Assembly: GCA_036679605.1 (NCBI GenBank)
Contig: JAZDCZ010000365.1
Coordinates: 1 to 64,000 of the forward strand
Length of the DNA stretch: 64,000 nt
Direction of reading: 5' to 3'
Source: Gemmatimonadota bacterium
GTDB taxonomy: Bacteria; Gemmatimonadota; Gemmatimonadetes; Gemmatimonadales; GWC2-71-9
Shown here: positions 39,099 through 49,988 of the stretch, piece after piece
Layout of the letters: every line of letters starts with the position of its first letter
Numbering within the stretch: the first letter of the stretch is position 1
Notes under the pieces: model-generated
Seen by the model: only the letters and a program-made list of their open reading frames with translations
Databases searched by the model: none
What the model was told of the DNA's origin: nothing
Position numbers and translations under genes: made by a program

Positions 39099-40259
39099 TC
39101 AGAGTGCTCCGAAAGCTGCCTCGAAGTCGGCGATGATATCTTGGATGTCTTCTATTCCTAGACTTACGCGGATCAAGCCTGCAGGTATTCCCTGGACGGC
39201 CAGCTGGTCCTCAGAGAGTCCGGCGTGTGATGTAAATATCGGTTGCGAGGCCAACGTCTCTACTCCGCCGAGGCTCGGAGCATGAGTTACCAGCTGAAGT
39301 TTCTTTAGCACTCTCGTCGTGCTTTCAGCGTCGCACTCGAGATTTATTGCTACCATACCGCCGAAGCCATCCAGTAGTTTACGGGCCACAGCGTGATCGG
39401 GATGGGTCTCGAGGCCGGGGTAGTGAACCGTCGACACGCGGTCGTGATTGGAGGCCCACTCCGCGAAAGCCGCTCCGTTCGCGTTGTGTTTCTGCATTCG
39501 GACTGCGAGGGTCTTAAGCCCCCGCTCCACCAGCCATGCCTGGTGGGGATCGATAGCCGGGCCCCAGAGTTTCATGAGACGCTGAACTTCGTCGACAATG
39601 GGTCTCGATCCAACGACGGCTCCGGCTATCACGTCGCTGTGTCCGTTCAGGTATTTGGTAGCGCTATGAATCACTACGTCCGCACCGTGCTCCAGAGGTC
39701 GGAAATTGACAGGCGAGGCAAATGTCGAATCGACTAGTAGACTGATTCCGCACTCCCGACAGAAGTTTGCCAAGTATTCGATGTCGACAACACGCATCAG
39801 CGGGTTGGTAATGGCTTCGACAAACACTGCGCGAGTGTTGTTGCGCAGGTTGCGCCGCCAGTTTCTGAGGTCTGACGGATCAACGTAGCTCACATCGATG
39901 CCCAGGCGAGCAAATTCGTGGTCGAACAGCCGCCGTGTCCCGCCATAAACCCACTGGCTCGAGAGCAGGTGATCACCCGGATGGAGGACGGCAAGATGCG
40001 CTAATGCGGTGGCACTCATACCGCTCCCCAAAGCGATTGCACTGTCCGCGCCCTCCAGCGCAGCCAGTCGGTCCGCCAGGGTGACTTGGTTCGGGTTGTT
40101 TCCGTAGCGAGTGTAGAGAACTCCGTTGGGACTTCCCACAGGGTTCACAAATGTAGAACTCTGATAGATCGGTGAGGCTACAGGAGTTCCTATGGCTGAT
40201 GCGCGTGGTTTACCGTGAATGGCTCTAGTGGCCAGGCCATTCTGCCGGTCTTCCTTCAC
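39099..40259 (-). CDS. PLP-dependent trans-sulfuration enzyme (cystathionine gamma-synthase/lyase family)
   Basis: YTRYGNNP, SGM, HSATKYLNGHSD, SLGGVETL. Confidence 0.92.
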   Translation of the reverse strand: MKEDRQNGLATRAIHGKPRASAIGTPVASPIYQSSTFVNPVGSPNGVLYTRYGNNPNQVTLADRLAALEGADSAIALGSGMSATALAHLAVLHPGDHLLSSQWVYGGTRRLFDHEFARLGIDVSYVDPSDLRNWRRNLRNNTRAVFVEAITNPLMRVVDIEYLANFCRECGISLLVDSTFASPVNFRPLEHGADVVIHSATKYLNGHSDVIAGAVVGSRPIVDEVQRLMKLWGPAIDPHQAWLVERGLKTLAVRMQKHNANGAAFAEWASNHDRVSTVHYPGLETHPDHAVARKLLDGFGGMVAINLECDAESTTRVLKKLQLVTHAPSLGGVETLASQPIFTSHAGLSEDQLAVQGIPAGLIRVSLGIEDIQDIIADFEAAFGAL

Positions 40260-40792
40260 GTGCTGAGTGTCCGGTAGTAGTCGGCGTCCAAGTGCAGAAG
40301 CCGGCGGGCGATGAGATGATCGAGTGCGCTGCGGGCCGCGTCCGTTGACACTTTCATATGATCTGCGACTTCACCAGCAGCAGCACGGCCTCGCTCTGTC
40401 ACCGCACCGAAGGCTCTGCGCACAATCTCTTCCAGGGGCCCGAGGAGTTGCAGCTGGCCGTCACGGTGCTGTGCCACAACCGCCAATCCGTGCCGTTCGA
40501 GTACAAGGCTGATGGCCTCACAGTGAGATTCAGTCACGCCGCTGAGCAGGAAATAACGAACGTCGCCGTATGCGAGGAGGATCTTGCCGACGATTTCATC
40601 GGCGCATGAAATATCGAGGCACCTCACCGCTCCGAATTCAATCACGGCAACGTCGTTGTTATCGGTCTTGGAAAGAGCCACCTCGATTTCGCCGCGAACG
40701 GCTCGGCCAGTGTGGCGGGTAACCAGGTCACCGTACGCCTGGGATACGGTCTCCCGCAAGATCTCCCTCAAGTCGATTGTTTGCCCGTTCAA
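40256..40792 (-). CDS. STAS-like (DUF4325-like) domain plus C-terminal winged HTH
   Basis: LVTRHTGRAVR, IEFGAVRCLDISCADE (STAS DxS), C-terminal HTH pattern. Confidence 0.65.
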   Translation of the reverse strand: MNGQTIDLREILRETVSQAYGDLVTRHTGRAVRGEIEVALSKTDNNDVAVIEFGAVRCLDISCADEIVGKILLAYGDVRYFLLSGVTESHCEAISLVLERHGLAVVAQHRDGQLQLLGPLEEIVRRAFGAVTERGRAAAGEVADHMKVSTDAARSALDHLIARRLLHLDADYYRTLST

Positions 40793-41685
40793 TTGTCGTC
40801 CTGACGTGCTGGAATGATCTGAAGCATCTGGCTACCCGGAAAAAATGATAATCCATCCTGCAACGGGACATCGTCATCCCATGGAGGTACTATCGCGATG
40901 CGGGCTGTCCCGCTCCTGATACTGATTTTCCCGTTCCAACGGTTGAGGTATCGCCTAATGCCACCCAAACCCTGCCCGCGACCCGGATCCGCCAATCTGC
41001 TCACTCCCTGAATGAGGGCGGCTTCAAGAGCCGTCGCGTCGCTCCAGCGATCGCCGTATCGGCCTGCCTGTGTCGATCCCAGGGATTGACGGAACCCCAC
41101 TCCTGCGTCAGCTACGGCGATCACGACCACCCTCCGGCCGAGACGGCGGCGCCAGTGGTAGGTCTGAACTGCAACCCAGCCCGATGTTCCAGCGTGCTCT
41201 ACAATATTCTGACAAGCCTCCGAAAGCGCCATACCGAATCCCATGGTGGCACTGGCTTCGAGCCCCAATTTGTCGGAAAGTATGGTCGCCGCCCGTTCCT
41301 GGATCACGCTCACCACCCCATGGACGTCTCCGGACTCTCGAACCGGAGTAATCTCCAGCAGCACGTCTGACGTACGGCTCACAGTCACTCGCGGGACCTT
41401 GCCGTGGATCTCGAACCACTCGCCGGCATATTCGAAGAACCCTGTGCGCGCCCAATAGTGGAGCACGTCTCGATCCGTGGGAATCGTCAGCAGCGGGCGC
41501 TGTTCCGCACGTTCCATGATGGCCTGTCCAGCCACTATCAATGCGAGGAGCCCATACGGAGATGCCCATTGAGTCGCATGAGCATCGAACAACAGCCTTC
41601 GCCCATCTTCGGCGCTGTAGGCTCGAGCGAACTGATCTAGGGAATGATCGTCGAACTGAGTCGGTACCTCTATCACACGAGTCAC
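40789..41685 (-). CDS. STAS-like plus GHKL ATPase (anti-sigma kinase-like) protein
   Basis: SEACQNIVEHA (N box), DAGVG (G1), GRGQGL (G2). Confidence 0.8.
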   Translation of the reverse strand: MTRVIEVPTQFDDHSLDQFARAYSAEDGRRLLFDAHATQWASPYGLLALIVAGQAIMERAEQRPLLTIPTDRDVLHYWARTGFFEYAGEWFEIHGKVPRVTVSRTSDVLLEITPVRESGDVHGVVSVIQERAATILSDKLGLEASATMGFGMALSEACQNIVEHAGTSGWVAVQTYHWRRRLGRRVVVIAVADAGVGFRQSLGSTQAGRYGDRWSDATALEAALIQGVSRLADPGRGQGLGGIRRYLNRWNGKISIRSGTARIAIVPPWDDDVPLQDGLSFFPGSQMLQIIPARQDDN

Positions 41686-42638
41686 GTGCGGACTATCTCG
41701 CCCCGAAGGTGATGGTGCAGGTGGGTCGCTCCTCTATACGAAAGGTTCTTGGCGGCGAGCTGATTGGCGCGCACAATCGCTTCCTCTACCCCCACGCCTC
41801 CGGCCAGGGAGGCCACCAAAGTTGCGCCAAACACATCGCCGCAGCCAGTCGGGTCGAGATCTTCAGATGTTGCTGCTGCTGGAATCCGTGCCGTGTGAAC
41901 GGGACCAGCGTCTTGCTCGTATTGTGCGGAGGATGCAAAGAAGTTGAACGGCTGGTGCGTAAAGTAGACTGCACCGTCGGATCCTAGAGTCACTATCAGC
42001 AATCGCACTCCATTGCCAAGTGCCTGGGCGGCGACCTCCATCGGATCGCTACCTGCCAGCTTCATCTCCTCCTCGTTCAACTGTACGACGTCAAAGCAGG
42101 AAAACCATCCTACTAGGTCGATTAACGTTTGAGGCTCTCTCAATCCATTACGCTTGACTCCTAGGAATAAGCTGTGCAGGTCTGCGTAGATCGGCCCCGT
42201 GAAGCCGTGTCTCAGAAGGTGCGCCGTTTCGCGCGGCATTTCGAATCCTGAGATGAAGTTTACGTAGAGGGCATCTAGGTCGTGCACCATAGGGCCAAGC
42301 TCCGGCCACGTCCACGGTGGAACACCACCGCTGAGCTGTTCGGCCCGGCGGTCGTTCTCTCGGTAACGAATGGTTACGCGGTTATTGGGGGCAGCAACCT
42401 CGAGAAACCGCGCAACTCCAGCACGGTGTGTCAGTGAGTTTAGAAACTCGTTCGCTCGGGCCGCCAGGTCCGTTCCCACTTTGATTAGTGGGACGATTTC
42501 CCAGTCGTTGGGCAGAGAAGCTTCGAGCGCGCCCAGTGCATAGCTGATGCCCCCCCATTCCTCGACGGGTTCCGACTCTGCGCCTCGTCCATGGATGGTG
42601 TCCCACACCATCGTTCCCACTACACCGAGTCGTTTCAT
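41682..42638 (-). CDS. PfkB-family carbohydrate kinase
   Basis: QLNEEE, VTLGSDGA, DPTGCGDVFGA. Confidence 0.9.
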   Translation of the reverse strand: MKRLGVVGTMVWDTIHGRGAESEPVEEWGGISYALGALEASLPNDWEIVPLIKVGTDLAARANEFLNSLTHRAGVARFLEVAAPNNRVTIRYRENDRRAEQLSGGVPPWTWPELGPMVHDLDALYVNFISGFEMPRETAHLLRHGFTGPIYADLHSLFLGVKRNGLREPQTLIDLVGWFSCFDVVQLNEEEMKLAGSDPMEVAAQALGNGVRLLIVTLGSDGAVYFTHQPFNFFASSAQYEQDAGPVHTARIPAAATSEDLDPTGCGDVFGATLVASLAGGVGVEEAIVRANQLAAKNLSYRGATHLHHHLRGEIVRT

Positions 42639-43618
42639 GGGTGACCTGTAGTCTGCATCTTGAACGACGCAACGGCACCATATACACCGGCCGTTCCAGG
42701 GAGCGCGCCGGCCACTATGGTGCACGCCACGACCGCTGGTTGAAATGCTCGCCGCCTTACTTGGTCCTTGAGAGGTTGGAATAAGTGGTCTCCAGCCATA
42801 GTGACGCCACCGCATACGACCACGAAGTCAGGGTTAAAGGTGTTTACGAGGTTGGCAATGGCGCCGCCAAGAAACTGCGCGGTCTCTCGTATCACCTGCA
42901 GGCAGAACTCGTCCCCGTTGCGCGCCGCCTCCGATATCGACTGCGCAGTGACTTTGGAGGGATCGCCATCTACGTAATCGAGTAATCGTGATGATGACCC
43001 CGATTCAATTCCCTCGATAGCGCGTTTGGCGATTGCCGGGCCCGAAGCATAGGCCTCGAGGCAGCCATAATTACCGCAGTTACAGAGCCGGCCTGCCTGC
43101 TCAATGCTGGTATGGCCAATTTCACCGGCGACATCGCTGGCCCCGTGGAAAATTTTCCCGTCTAGGACGATCCCGCCGCCGACCCCGGTGCCGATGGTAA
43201 GCCCAACGACGACTCGGCCACCTTGGGCGGCTCCCTTCCACCACTCCCCAAGGACTGCGCAGTTGGCATCGTTATCAAGAGTGGCGCGAAGGCCGGTTGC
43301 TTTGCTAACCCGATCGCGCAGCGGCATGTCGGTCCAGCCCAAGTTAGGAGTGGCGAGAATCGTTCCGGTGTGTGTGTCGAGAGGGCCGGGTGATCCTATA
43401 CCAAGGCCCACCACATCGATGCTGCCCTCGCCCAACTCTTTGCCGGCCCGATCGATTGACTGACCTACCATGGAGGCGATCTGGTCGACAACGCCGTCGG
43501 GGCCAAGCCCCGTTTTCGTCGGCTCCATCACTAGACCGTGGAGGTCGTCCCCGCTCTCCGGCATGGTGCCGACAACGACATTCGTACCTCCCACATCGAC
43601 TCCGACGATCATGCTCAT
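42635..43618 (-). CDS. ROK-family glucokinase
   Basis: GVDVGGT, NDAN, GTGVGGG, GEIGH, CNCGNYGCLE. Confidence 0.93.
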   Translation of the reverse strand: MSMIVGVDVGGTNVVVGTMPESGDDLHGLVMEPTKTGLGPDGVVDQIASMVGQSIDRAGKELGEGSIDVVGLGIGSPGPLDTHTGTILATPNLGWTDMPLRDRVSKATGLRATLDNDANCAVLGEWWKGAAQGGRVVVGLTIGTGVGGGIVLDGKIFHGASDVAGEIGHTSIEQAGRLCNCGNYGCLEAYASGPAIAKRAIEGIESGSSSRLLDYVDGDPSKVTAQSISEAARNGDEFCLQVIRETAQFLGGAIANLVNTFNPDFVVVCGGVTMAGDHLFQPLKDQVRRRAFQPAVVACTIVAGALPGTAGVYGAVASFKMQTTGHP

Positions 43619-43646
43619 GGCTGAGAGGAATCTGTTGGAGGCATGG

Positions 43647-45443
43647 TCAATCTACCTGCAGCACGGCTAGAAACGCTTCTTGTGGTATTTGCACGGTGCC
43701 AACCTGCTTCATGCGTTTCTTTCCTTCCTTTTGCTTCTCCAGAAGCTTCCGTTTCCTGGTTACGTCACCTCCGTAGCACTTGGCGGTTACGTTCTTCCTG
43801 AGCGGACGGACATTGGTGCGTGCAATGACCTTAGATCCGATCGCAGCCTGAATCACCACTTCAAATAGCTGCCGAGGTATCAGTTCCTTCAGCTTCGTCG
43901 CGATTTTTCTTCCCCACTCGAACGCTTTGTCACGGTGTATGATGACGCTGAATGCGTCCACCGGATCTCCGTTAATGAGCATGTCCAGCTTTACGAGGTC
44001 GCCCCTGCGATAGTCCGTAAACTCATAGTCCATGGCAGCATAGCCGCGGGATACGGTTTTCAGCCGGTCGTAGAAGTCGAGGATGATCTCGGCGAGTGGG
44101 AATCCCCACTCCAGTTGGACCCGCGTAGTGTCTAGGTAGTGCATCCCCACATATTCACCGCGTCGCTCTTGTCCCAAACTCATTATGGCCCCGATGTAAT
44201 CCGACGGGGTCGTAATGTGCGCCGTTATGTAAGGCTCTTTCACATGATCTACAACGGAACCGGTCGGCATCATGGAGGGGTTCTCGATGACTTTCCGGGA
44301 GCCGTCAGTTAGATGAATGTGGTACTCAACATTCGGTACCGTGGTAATCAGATCCAGGTTGAACTCGCGCTCCAAACGTTCACGGATAATATCCATGTGC
44401 AAGAGCCCCAGAAACCCGCATCGAAAGCCGAACCCTAGAGCTGACGAGGATTCCGGTTCGTAGTGTAGCGACGCATCGTTTAGCTGGAGTTTCTCGAGTG
44501 CGTCGCGCAGTTCCTCGTACTTGTTTGAATCCGTAGGGTACAGGCCCGAAAACACCATCGCGTGGGATTCTTTGTAGCCCGGTAGCATGTCGCTAGCGGG
44601 ACGTTCTGCATCGAGGACCGTATCGCCGACCCGCGTATCGCGAACTCCTCGGACGTTGGCGATGAAATATCCTACCTCGCCCGCCTCGAGTGCCTTCCCG
44701 CGCCGCTGGCCGAGTTGCAGATACCCAACCTCGGCTACTTCGTACGAGTCGTCTGGGTGTGACGCGAACGCGATCGTCGTACCCGGTTCCATTCTGCCGT
44801 CCACGACTCGAATACTGGGAACGGCACCGCGGTAGCGATCGTAGTAGGTGTCGAATATCAGAGCGCGTAGCGGCGCATCGAGGTCACCTCCAGGGGGAGG
44901 AATCCGCTCTATGATCGCATCCAGGAGGGTTGGGATCCCATCTCCCTCCTTTGCCGAGATGTGAAGAATTTCCGACTCATCGGCACCCAGCAAGTCCTGT
45001 AATTCGCGCGCGCGGCGCTCCGGCTCAGCAGCGGGAAGGTCGATCTTGTTGAGTACCGGAATGATCTCGAGCCCTGCCTCGAGGGCTAGCAGCAAGTTAC
45101 TGACAGTCTGAGCTTCGATTCCCTGACTTGCATCAACGACCAGCACCGCGCCTTCACATGCATTGAGGGAACGAGAAACTTCATAAGTGAAATCTACGTG
45201 GCCGGGAGTGTCGATGAGGTTGAGTTCGTATTCCTCACCGTTCTGAAGGTACTCCATGCGGACGGCGTTCAGTTTGATCGTGATACCACGTTCACGCTCC
45301 AAGTCCATGGTGTCGAGGACCTGAGCCCGCATACGTCTCTTGTCCACCGTACCGGTGAGTTCGAGCAGCCGGTCGGCCAGCGTGGACTTGCCGTGATCGA
45401 TATGCGCAATGATGCAAAAATTCCGGACCCGTGCTTGGAGCAT
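43647..45443 (-). CDS. lepA: Elongation factor 4
   Basis: [39 protein letters not shown]. Confidence 0.98.
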   Translation of the reverse strand: MLQARVRNFCIIAHIDHGKSTLADRLLELTGTVDKRRMRAQVLDTMDLERERGITIKLNAVRMEYLQNGEEYELNLIDTPGHVDFTYEVSRSLNACEGAVLVVDASQGIEAQTVSNLLLALEAGLEIIPVLNKIDLPAAEPERRARELQDLLGADESEILHISAKEGDGIPTLLDAIIERIPPPGGDLDAPLRALIFDTYYDRYRGAVPSIRVVDGRMEPGTTIAFASHPDDSYEVAEVGYLQLGQRRGKALEAGEVGYFIANVRGVRDTRVGDTVLDAERPASDMLPGYKESHAMVFSGLYPTDSNKYEELRDALEKLQLNDASLHYEPESSSALGFGFRCGFLGLLHMDIIRERLEREFNLDLITTVPNVEYHIHLTDGSRKVIENPSMMPTGSVVDHVKEPYITAHITTPSDYIGAIMSLGQERRGEYVGMHYLDTTRVQLEWGFPLAEIILDFYDRLKTVSRGYAAMDYEFTDYRRGDLVKLDMLINGDPVDAFSVIIHRDKAFEWGRKIATKLKELIPRQLFEVVIQAAIGSKVIARTNVRPLRKNVTAKCYGGDVTRKRKLLEKQKEGKKRMKQVGTVQIPQEAFLAVLQVD

Positions 45444-45474
45444 CCGGAGAATATAACGAGGAGAGGCAGTTCGA

Positions 45475-46968
45475 TTACCGGCCTGCACCCTCCACGATTT
45501 GCTTGTAGCTCTCCGGATTCCATTCGGGTTTCTTGGCGGCATTCGCTATGTCCAGGCCCAGATAGAACAGGAGCTTCACGATGCGCGACTCCTTTTCTGC
45601 ATCGATCTTCCCAACCTCGTCGCTCGGTCTGTGATAGTCCTCGTGAGTCCCGTTGAAGAAGAACAGGATTGGCACGCCCTTGCGGGCAAAATTATAGTGA
45701 TCGGAACGAAAGTAGAACCGCTCTTGTGGCCATATATCGTCGATGGCCGTCATACCGAGTTCCGGGTGCTCGCCGTTAACTCGGTTCAGCGTTGCGCCCA
45801 GATTGGAATGCTCTTTTCCAATCACCACGATAGTGTCGGGCCAGTTGCGGCCTACCATGTCGGCGTTGAGGTCTGCAACGATCTGGGACACCGGCACGGT
45901 GGGGTGTCCGGCGAAATACTCGCTGCCCCAGAGACCTTTTTCCTCACCGCTCACAGTGAGGAAAATCAACGATCTCTTTGGATGAGGCTTGAGTTTGGAG
46001 AAGGCTTCTGCCGCCTCTACGATCGCGATGGTCCCGGACGCGTCGTCATCCGCACCGTTGTAAATGCTATCTCCGTCTGCTGGCCGGCCCACGCCCACAT
46101 GATCCATATGGGCGCTAAAAACAACGTACTCGTCCTTGAGTTTGGGATCGCTGCCCTCCAGGATTCCGACAACGTTTGGCGCAGAGAGTTCCTCGATCTC
46201 TTGGTTCGAGGTGACGGTGAAGTCGATGTTCTGGAGCTTGTCGGATCTAAGCTCACCGCCCTGGGGCAGGTCGTGTCCCGCAGCCGACAGAACGGCCGCT
46301 ACCGTGCTGGACTGGACCGCCAAGACGGGAATGCCCTCAGGCCTCCCCTCCCATCCCTTTGACAGCCGTGAAGTGCCCTGCCTGCGGAGCAGAAACCCCC
46401 AGGTTCGCTCGGGAAAGTTCGTGGCAACAATGATCGCGGCAGCGCCATGGTCTCCCAGGCTTTCAATGAGTTCTTGGGCCCGGGAGCCGAGTCCTCGCCG
46501 GCCGTCCAGCTCGGTCGAGAGTATGACGACGGCGCCGTTCAGGAACACATCGGGCGGCCACTCTCCGCTGCCTGACACGATGAATGTCGAGCCAGATACG
46601 GCGTCAGCTCCGCCTCCGGCCAGTTGCAACACCTCTTGGCCTCCACGCCATGTGATCCCGGTCGATGTCTGGACTACCAGCTGTTGGGCTATTCGAAACA
46701 GGGGATACTGCTGGATAAATCTGCCGTCGCCACCGGCGGGCTCGAGACCGAACTCCCGAAACTGATTGGCGATGTACTTAGCTGTCAGCTCCAGTTCCGG
46801 ACTCGGCGTATTGCGGCCCCTCATGGAATCGTCCGCGATCACTCCGATCCTGTGCAGAATGTCGCTGGACTTGATTGACTGTATCGCCTGTTCCACGGTC
46901 GTCGAACTTTGCGCCGCAGATGCAGTCGGTAGCAACAGCACAAAGAGAATTGACCACAATCGCCTCAT
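45475..46968 (-). CDS. M28-family peptidase with PA-like insert
   Basis: [31 protein letters not shown]. Confidence 0.92.
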   Translation of the reverse strand: MRRLWSILFVLLLPTASAAQSSTTVEQAIQSIKSSDILHRIGVIADDSMRGRNTPSPELELTAKYIANQFREFGLEPAGGDGRFIQQYPLFRIAQQLVVQTSTGITWRGGQEVLQLAGGGADAVSGSTFIVSGSGEWPPDVFLNGAVVILSTELDGRRGLGSRAQELIESLGDHGAAAIIVATNFPERTWGFLLRRQGTSRLSKGWEGRPEGIPVLAVQSSTVAAVLSAAGHDLPQGGELRSDKLQNIDFTVTSNQEIEELSAPNVVGILEGSDPKLKDEYVVFSAHMDHVGVGRPADGDSIYNGADDDASGTIAIVEAAEAFSKLKPHPKRSLIFLTVSGEEKGLWGSEYFAGHPTVPVSQIVADLNADMVGRNWPDTIVVIGKEHSNLGATLNRVNGEHPELGMTAIDDIWPQERFYFRSDHYNFARKGVPILFFFNGTHEDYHRPSDEVGKIDAEKESRIVKLLFYLGLDIANAAKKPEWNPESYKQIVEGAGR

Positions 46969-47280
46969 CGGTCTCTCCCGGAGTTATGAGGATCTAAAAA
47001 AATCAGTTGCGAAACCGCATTGAGGGTGGCGACTCGCACCGGAAATCTCAACCGGATGGGGTTCTGACAACGGTGGTACCGCGCACCTGCCGGAGGGCTC
47101 TCAATCTGCACCACCCCCGAGCGTCTACTTGGTTCATTGCCATATGTCGTTTGACCACAGTGGGTTACAGAGTTTGGTGGTGTTGCTCTTGCCCGCAATG
47201 TCCTATGGGGATGACACGTCCGGTGTGTTACACTTCTCCCTCTTGCGAGTATAGAGAATGACACAGGTAGAGGTTTCCAG

Positions 47281-48189
47281 ATGGTAGAGGCGGCCCGAAG
47301 GCCAGATCTGCTGGACCCCCACGTCGTTGCTCAATTGGGGGGCATTGAACTCGTCGCGCGCGGCGTGGTCGAGGGCTTCCTGTCCGGCCTCCATCGGTCT
47401 CCGTTCAGAGGATTTTCTGTTGAATTCGCCGAGCACCGGCCCTACCAGCCGGGTGACGAGCTACGCTATCTGGATTGGAAGATGCTGGCTCGCTCGGATC
47501 GTCTCTTTGTGAAGCAATACGAAGAGGAAACGAACCTTCGCTCTATGATCGTGATGGATGTTAGCGCTTCGATGGATTGGACGGGGAGTGAACAGCGGTT
47601 GAGCAAGCTCGAGTATGCCAAGCGACTGGTGGCCGCACTTGCGCTTATCCTGCTGCGGCAACGAGATGCGACCGGGCTAATTGGATTTGACGAAACCATC
47701 CGACAAGTCGTTCGCGCACGCGCGCGTTCCCAGCACTGGTGGTCTTTGCTAAAGGCTGTGGAGAACCTGACGCCGGGATTGGGCACCGCCGCGGTACCCG
47801 CTCTCGAGAAAGTCACTCACCTGCTGCGCCGCCGCGGCCTTGTGGTTTTCGTCTCTGATCTGTTGTTCGACCGTGAGCTGGCCTTGCGGACCCTGCAATA
47901 TTTGAGACATCGCGGGCACCAAGTCATAGTCTTTCATCTGATGGATCCGGCAGAGCTGATTCTGGAGGGTCCACCTGAAGCTCGGTTTGAAGACCCGGAG
48001 ACGGGGACGAGTGTCGTCGCTCGACCGCGGGAGCTGCGTGCAGTTTATGAGCGGACCGTTCGGCGAGCGGTAGCCGGCTGGAGACGGGCCTGTCGTGGCG
48101 GTGGAATCCACTATCACCACGTTCTGACGGACACTCCCTTCGGATACGTGCTGCGTCGTGCGACGGCGCGCCGTTCGCGCCTCGGCTGA
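47281..48189 (+). CDS. DUF58 (vWA-like) protein
   Basis: GLHRSPFRGFSVEFAEHRPYQPGD, DWK, DVSASM. Confidence 0.93.
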   Translation: MVEAARRPDLLDPHVVAQLGGIELVARGVVEGFLSGLHRSPFRGFSVEFAEHRPYQPGDELRYLDWKMLARSDRLFVKQYEEETNLRSMIVMDVSASMDWTGSEQRLSKLEYAKRLVAALALILLRQRDATGLIGFDETIRQVVRARARSQHWWSLLKAVENLTPGLGTAAVPALEKVTHLLRRRGLVVFVSDLLFDRELALRTLQYLRHRGHQVIVFHLMDPAELILEGPPEARFEDPETGTSVVARPRELRAVYERTVRRAVAGWRRACRGGGIHYHHVLTDTPFGYVLRRATARRSRLG

Positions 48190-49988
48190 TGGGATTTCTT
48201 CAGCCGCTGGCACTGTTCGCGCTGGCAGCTGCGGCCATTCCGACCCTGTTGCACCTTCTAGCGCGTCGGTTGCCACCGGTTGTTGTTTTTCCAGCCATCC
48301 GCTATTTGACGGCGACGGAGCGCGAACATAGCCGCCGGCTAAAGCTCCGTAATTTACTGCTCCTCATTCTACGCACTCTGATAATTCTCTTGCTCGTACT
48401 TGCTGCCGCGCGACCGGTAGCGCGGGTGGCTTCAGGTGATGCACACCCTCCAACGGCTCTCGCCATGGTAGTCGACAACTCGCTGTCGAGTGGGGCTGTC
48501 AACGGTGGCCGGATGACGCTCGATGCGGCGGTGGACGCGGCAAGGCGTGTGCTTGGGCGGGTCAATACGGGCGATCATCTCTGGCTCGTATTGGCGGACG
48601 GTGTACCGAGGCGGATGACCAAGATCGAGGCTGGGCAGGTGTTGGACAGTTTAGCTCCGTCCTCTGCACACCTCGATCTCGGTTCGGCCGTTCGGGTGGC
48701 TGCCAGTGTCATTCTCGACGATCGCCTGACGGAGCACGAACTCGTGGTATTCAGTGACTTACAAGCGAGTGCCGTGTCCGATGGCGATGTGTCGCCGGTT
48801 CCTGTCTTGTTCTGGGATGCGCCTGAGCCACCAGAGAATCGCTGGATGGACTCGGTGCGTTCGGATCCCCCCTTGTGGTCACCGGCTGGAGCGGTAATGG
48901 CCACGGTCGCAGGATCCGCACGCCAGCCTGCCGCGGTACGTCTTTCGGTGCGCGGTAATGATGTGGCTCGGGCCGTGGCTTCGCCGGGTGAGGCGGTCGT
49001 ATTGTCGGGCCGAATTAGAGGTGCGGGATGGATGGTCGCGACCATCGAGCTGGACCCCGACGAATTGCGAGCCGATGACAGGCGATTCGTGGCGCTCCAC
49101 ATAGCGACGGCGGTTGCCGCCAACGTACGCGGTGGTGCGGGACAATTCGTTGAGGAGGCCCTTCAGGTTCTATCGGAGGGTGGGCGAGTGACGCCAGGGG
49201 ACGCCGTGCGGCTCGACGACCGACCGGGGCCAGGAGCCACCGTCGTCTTTCCGCCGAGCGATCCAGCTCTACTGGGAAATCTCAACCGCAATCTCGCCAC
49301 CCGAGGTGTCGGGTGGAGGTTTGGTGAAATGATCGAGGGCGAGTGGCAGCTTTCGGCAGGCGTCGAGGACGCCAGCGGTGTTCCAGTGTATCGTCGATAC
49401 CGCTTAATCGGAACGGGCCCGGTAGTGGCAAGCGTGTCCGGTGGCGACCCGTGGCTGGTGCGGGACGGCAACCTGGTTCTGGTGGGCAGCCGGATGGAAC
49501 CGGACTGGACCGATCTGCCGGTCAGGGCCGGGTTCGTTCCGTTTGTCGACTTTCTGGTGAATCGGATCGCGGCCCGCCAGAGTTGGATCGTGCGGGCCGC
49601 ACCCGGCGACGTTGCGGTTTTCCCTCCCACTGCCACTGCACTACTGGGACCGGAAGGCCGGATACCGATCTCCAGCGATGGAAGATTGAAGGTGTCCAGA
49701 AAGCCTGGTGTCTATTTCCTTTTGGGCTCGGCGGATGACACGGTGGGCGCTCTGGAGGTCAACTACGACAGCAGAGAGTCGCAGCTCGAGAGAGCCGACC
49801 GGCGTTTGCTGCAGGCCCGCCTCGGTACTGACACAAGAGTTCTCAGCGCGAGTCGTTTGAGCCGGGAGGTTTTTCGCGGTGCAAAGCGCGCGGATCTCAC
49901 GGGTCTCATGCTATTGGCCAGCCTTTTGGCAGCTGTTGCGGAATTCTCAGTGGCTAGCTGGGGTGGACGGACCAGAGGTGTCGCCTGA
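48189..49988 (+). CDS. BatA-domain/vWA membrane protein
   Basis: FLQP..IPTLLHLL, AAARP, DNSLSS. Confidence 0.88.
   Translation: MGFLQPLALFALAAAAIPTLLHLLARRLPPVVVFPAIRYLTATEREHSRRLKLRNLLLLILRTLIILLLVLAAARPVARVASGDAHPPTALAMVVDNSLSSGAVNGGRMTLDAAVDAARRVLGRVNTGDHLWLVLADGVPRRMTKIEAGQVLDSLAPSSAHLDLGSAVRVAASVILDDRLTEHELVVFSDLQASAVSDGDVSPVPVLFWDAPEPPENRWMDSVRSDPPLWSPAGAVMATVAGSARQPAAVRLSVRGNDVARAVASPGEAVVLSGRIRGAGWMVATIELDPDELRADDRRFVALHIATAVAANVRGGAGQFVEEALQVLSEGGRVTPGDAVRLDDRPGPGATVVFPPSDPALLGNLNRNLATRGVGWRFGEMIEGEWQLSAGVEDASGVPVYRRYRLIGTGPVVASVSGGDPWLVRDGNLVLVGSRMEPDWTDLPVRAGFVPFVDFLVNRIAARQSWIVRAAPGDVAVFPPTATALLGPEGRIPISSDGRLKVSRKPGVYFLLGSADDTVGALEVNYDSRESQLERADRRLLQARLGTDTRVLSASRLSREVFRGAKRADLTGLMLLASLLAAVAEFSVASWGGRTRGVA

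Noticed and set aside
47132..47147. 16-nt inverted match to the K3 start region (GACATATGGCAATGAA)
   Set aside because: About one such match is expected by chance in 64 kb on both strands; it does not extend.
47281..49988. DUF58-BatA pair lacking a MoxR ATPase
   Set aside because: Split MoxR clusters are common; not informative from this window alone.
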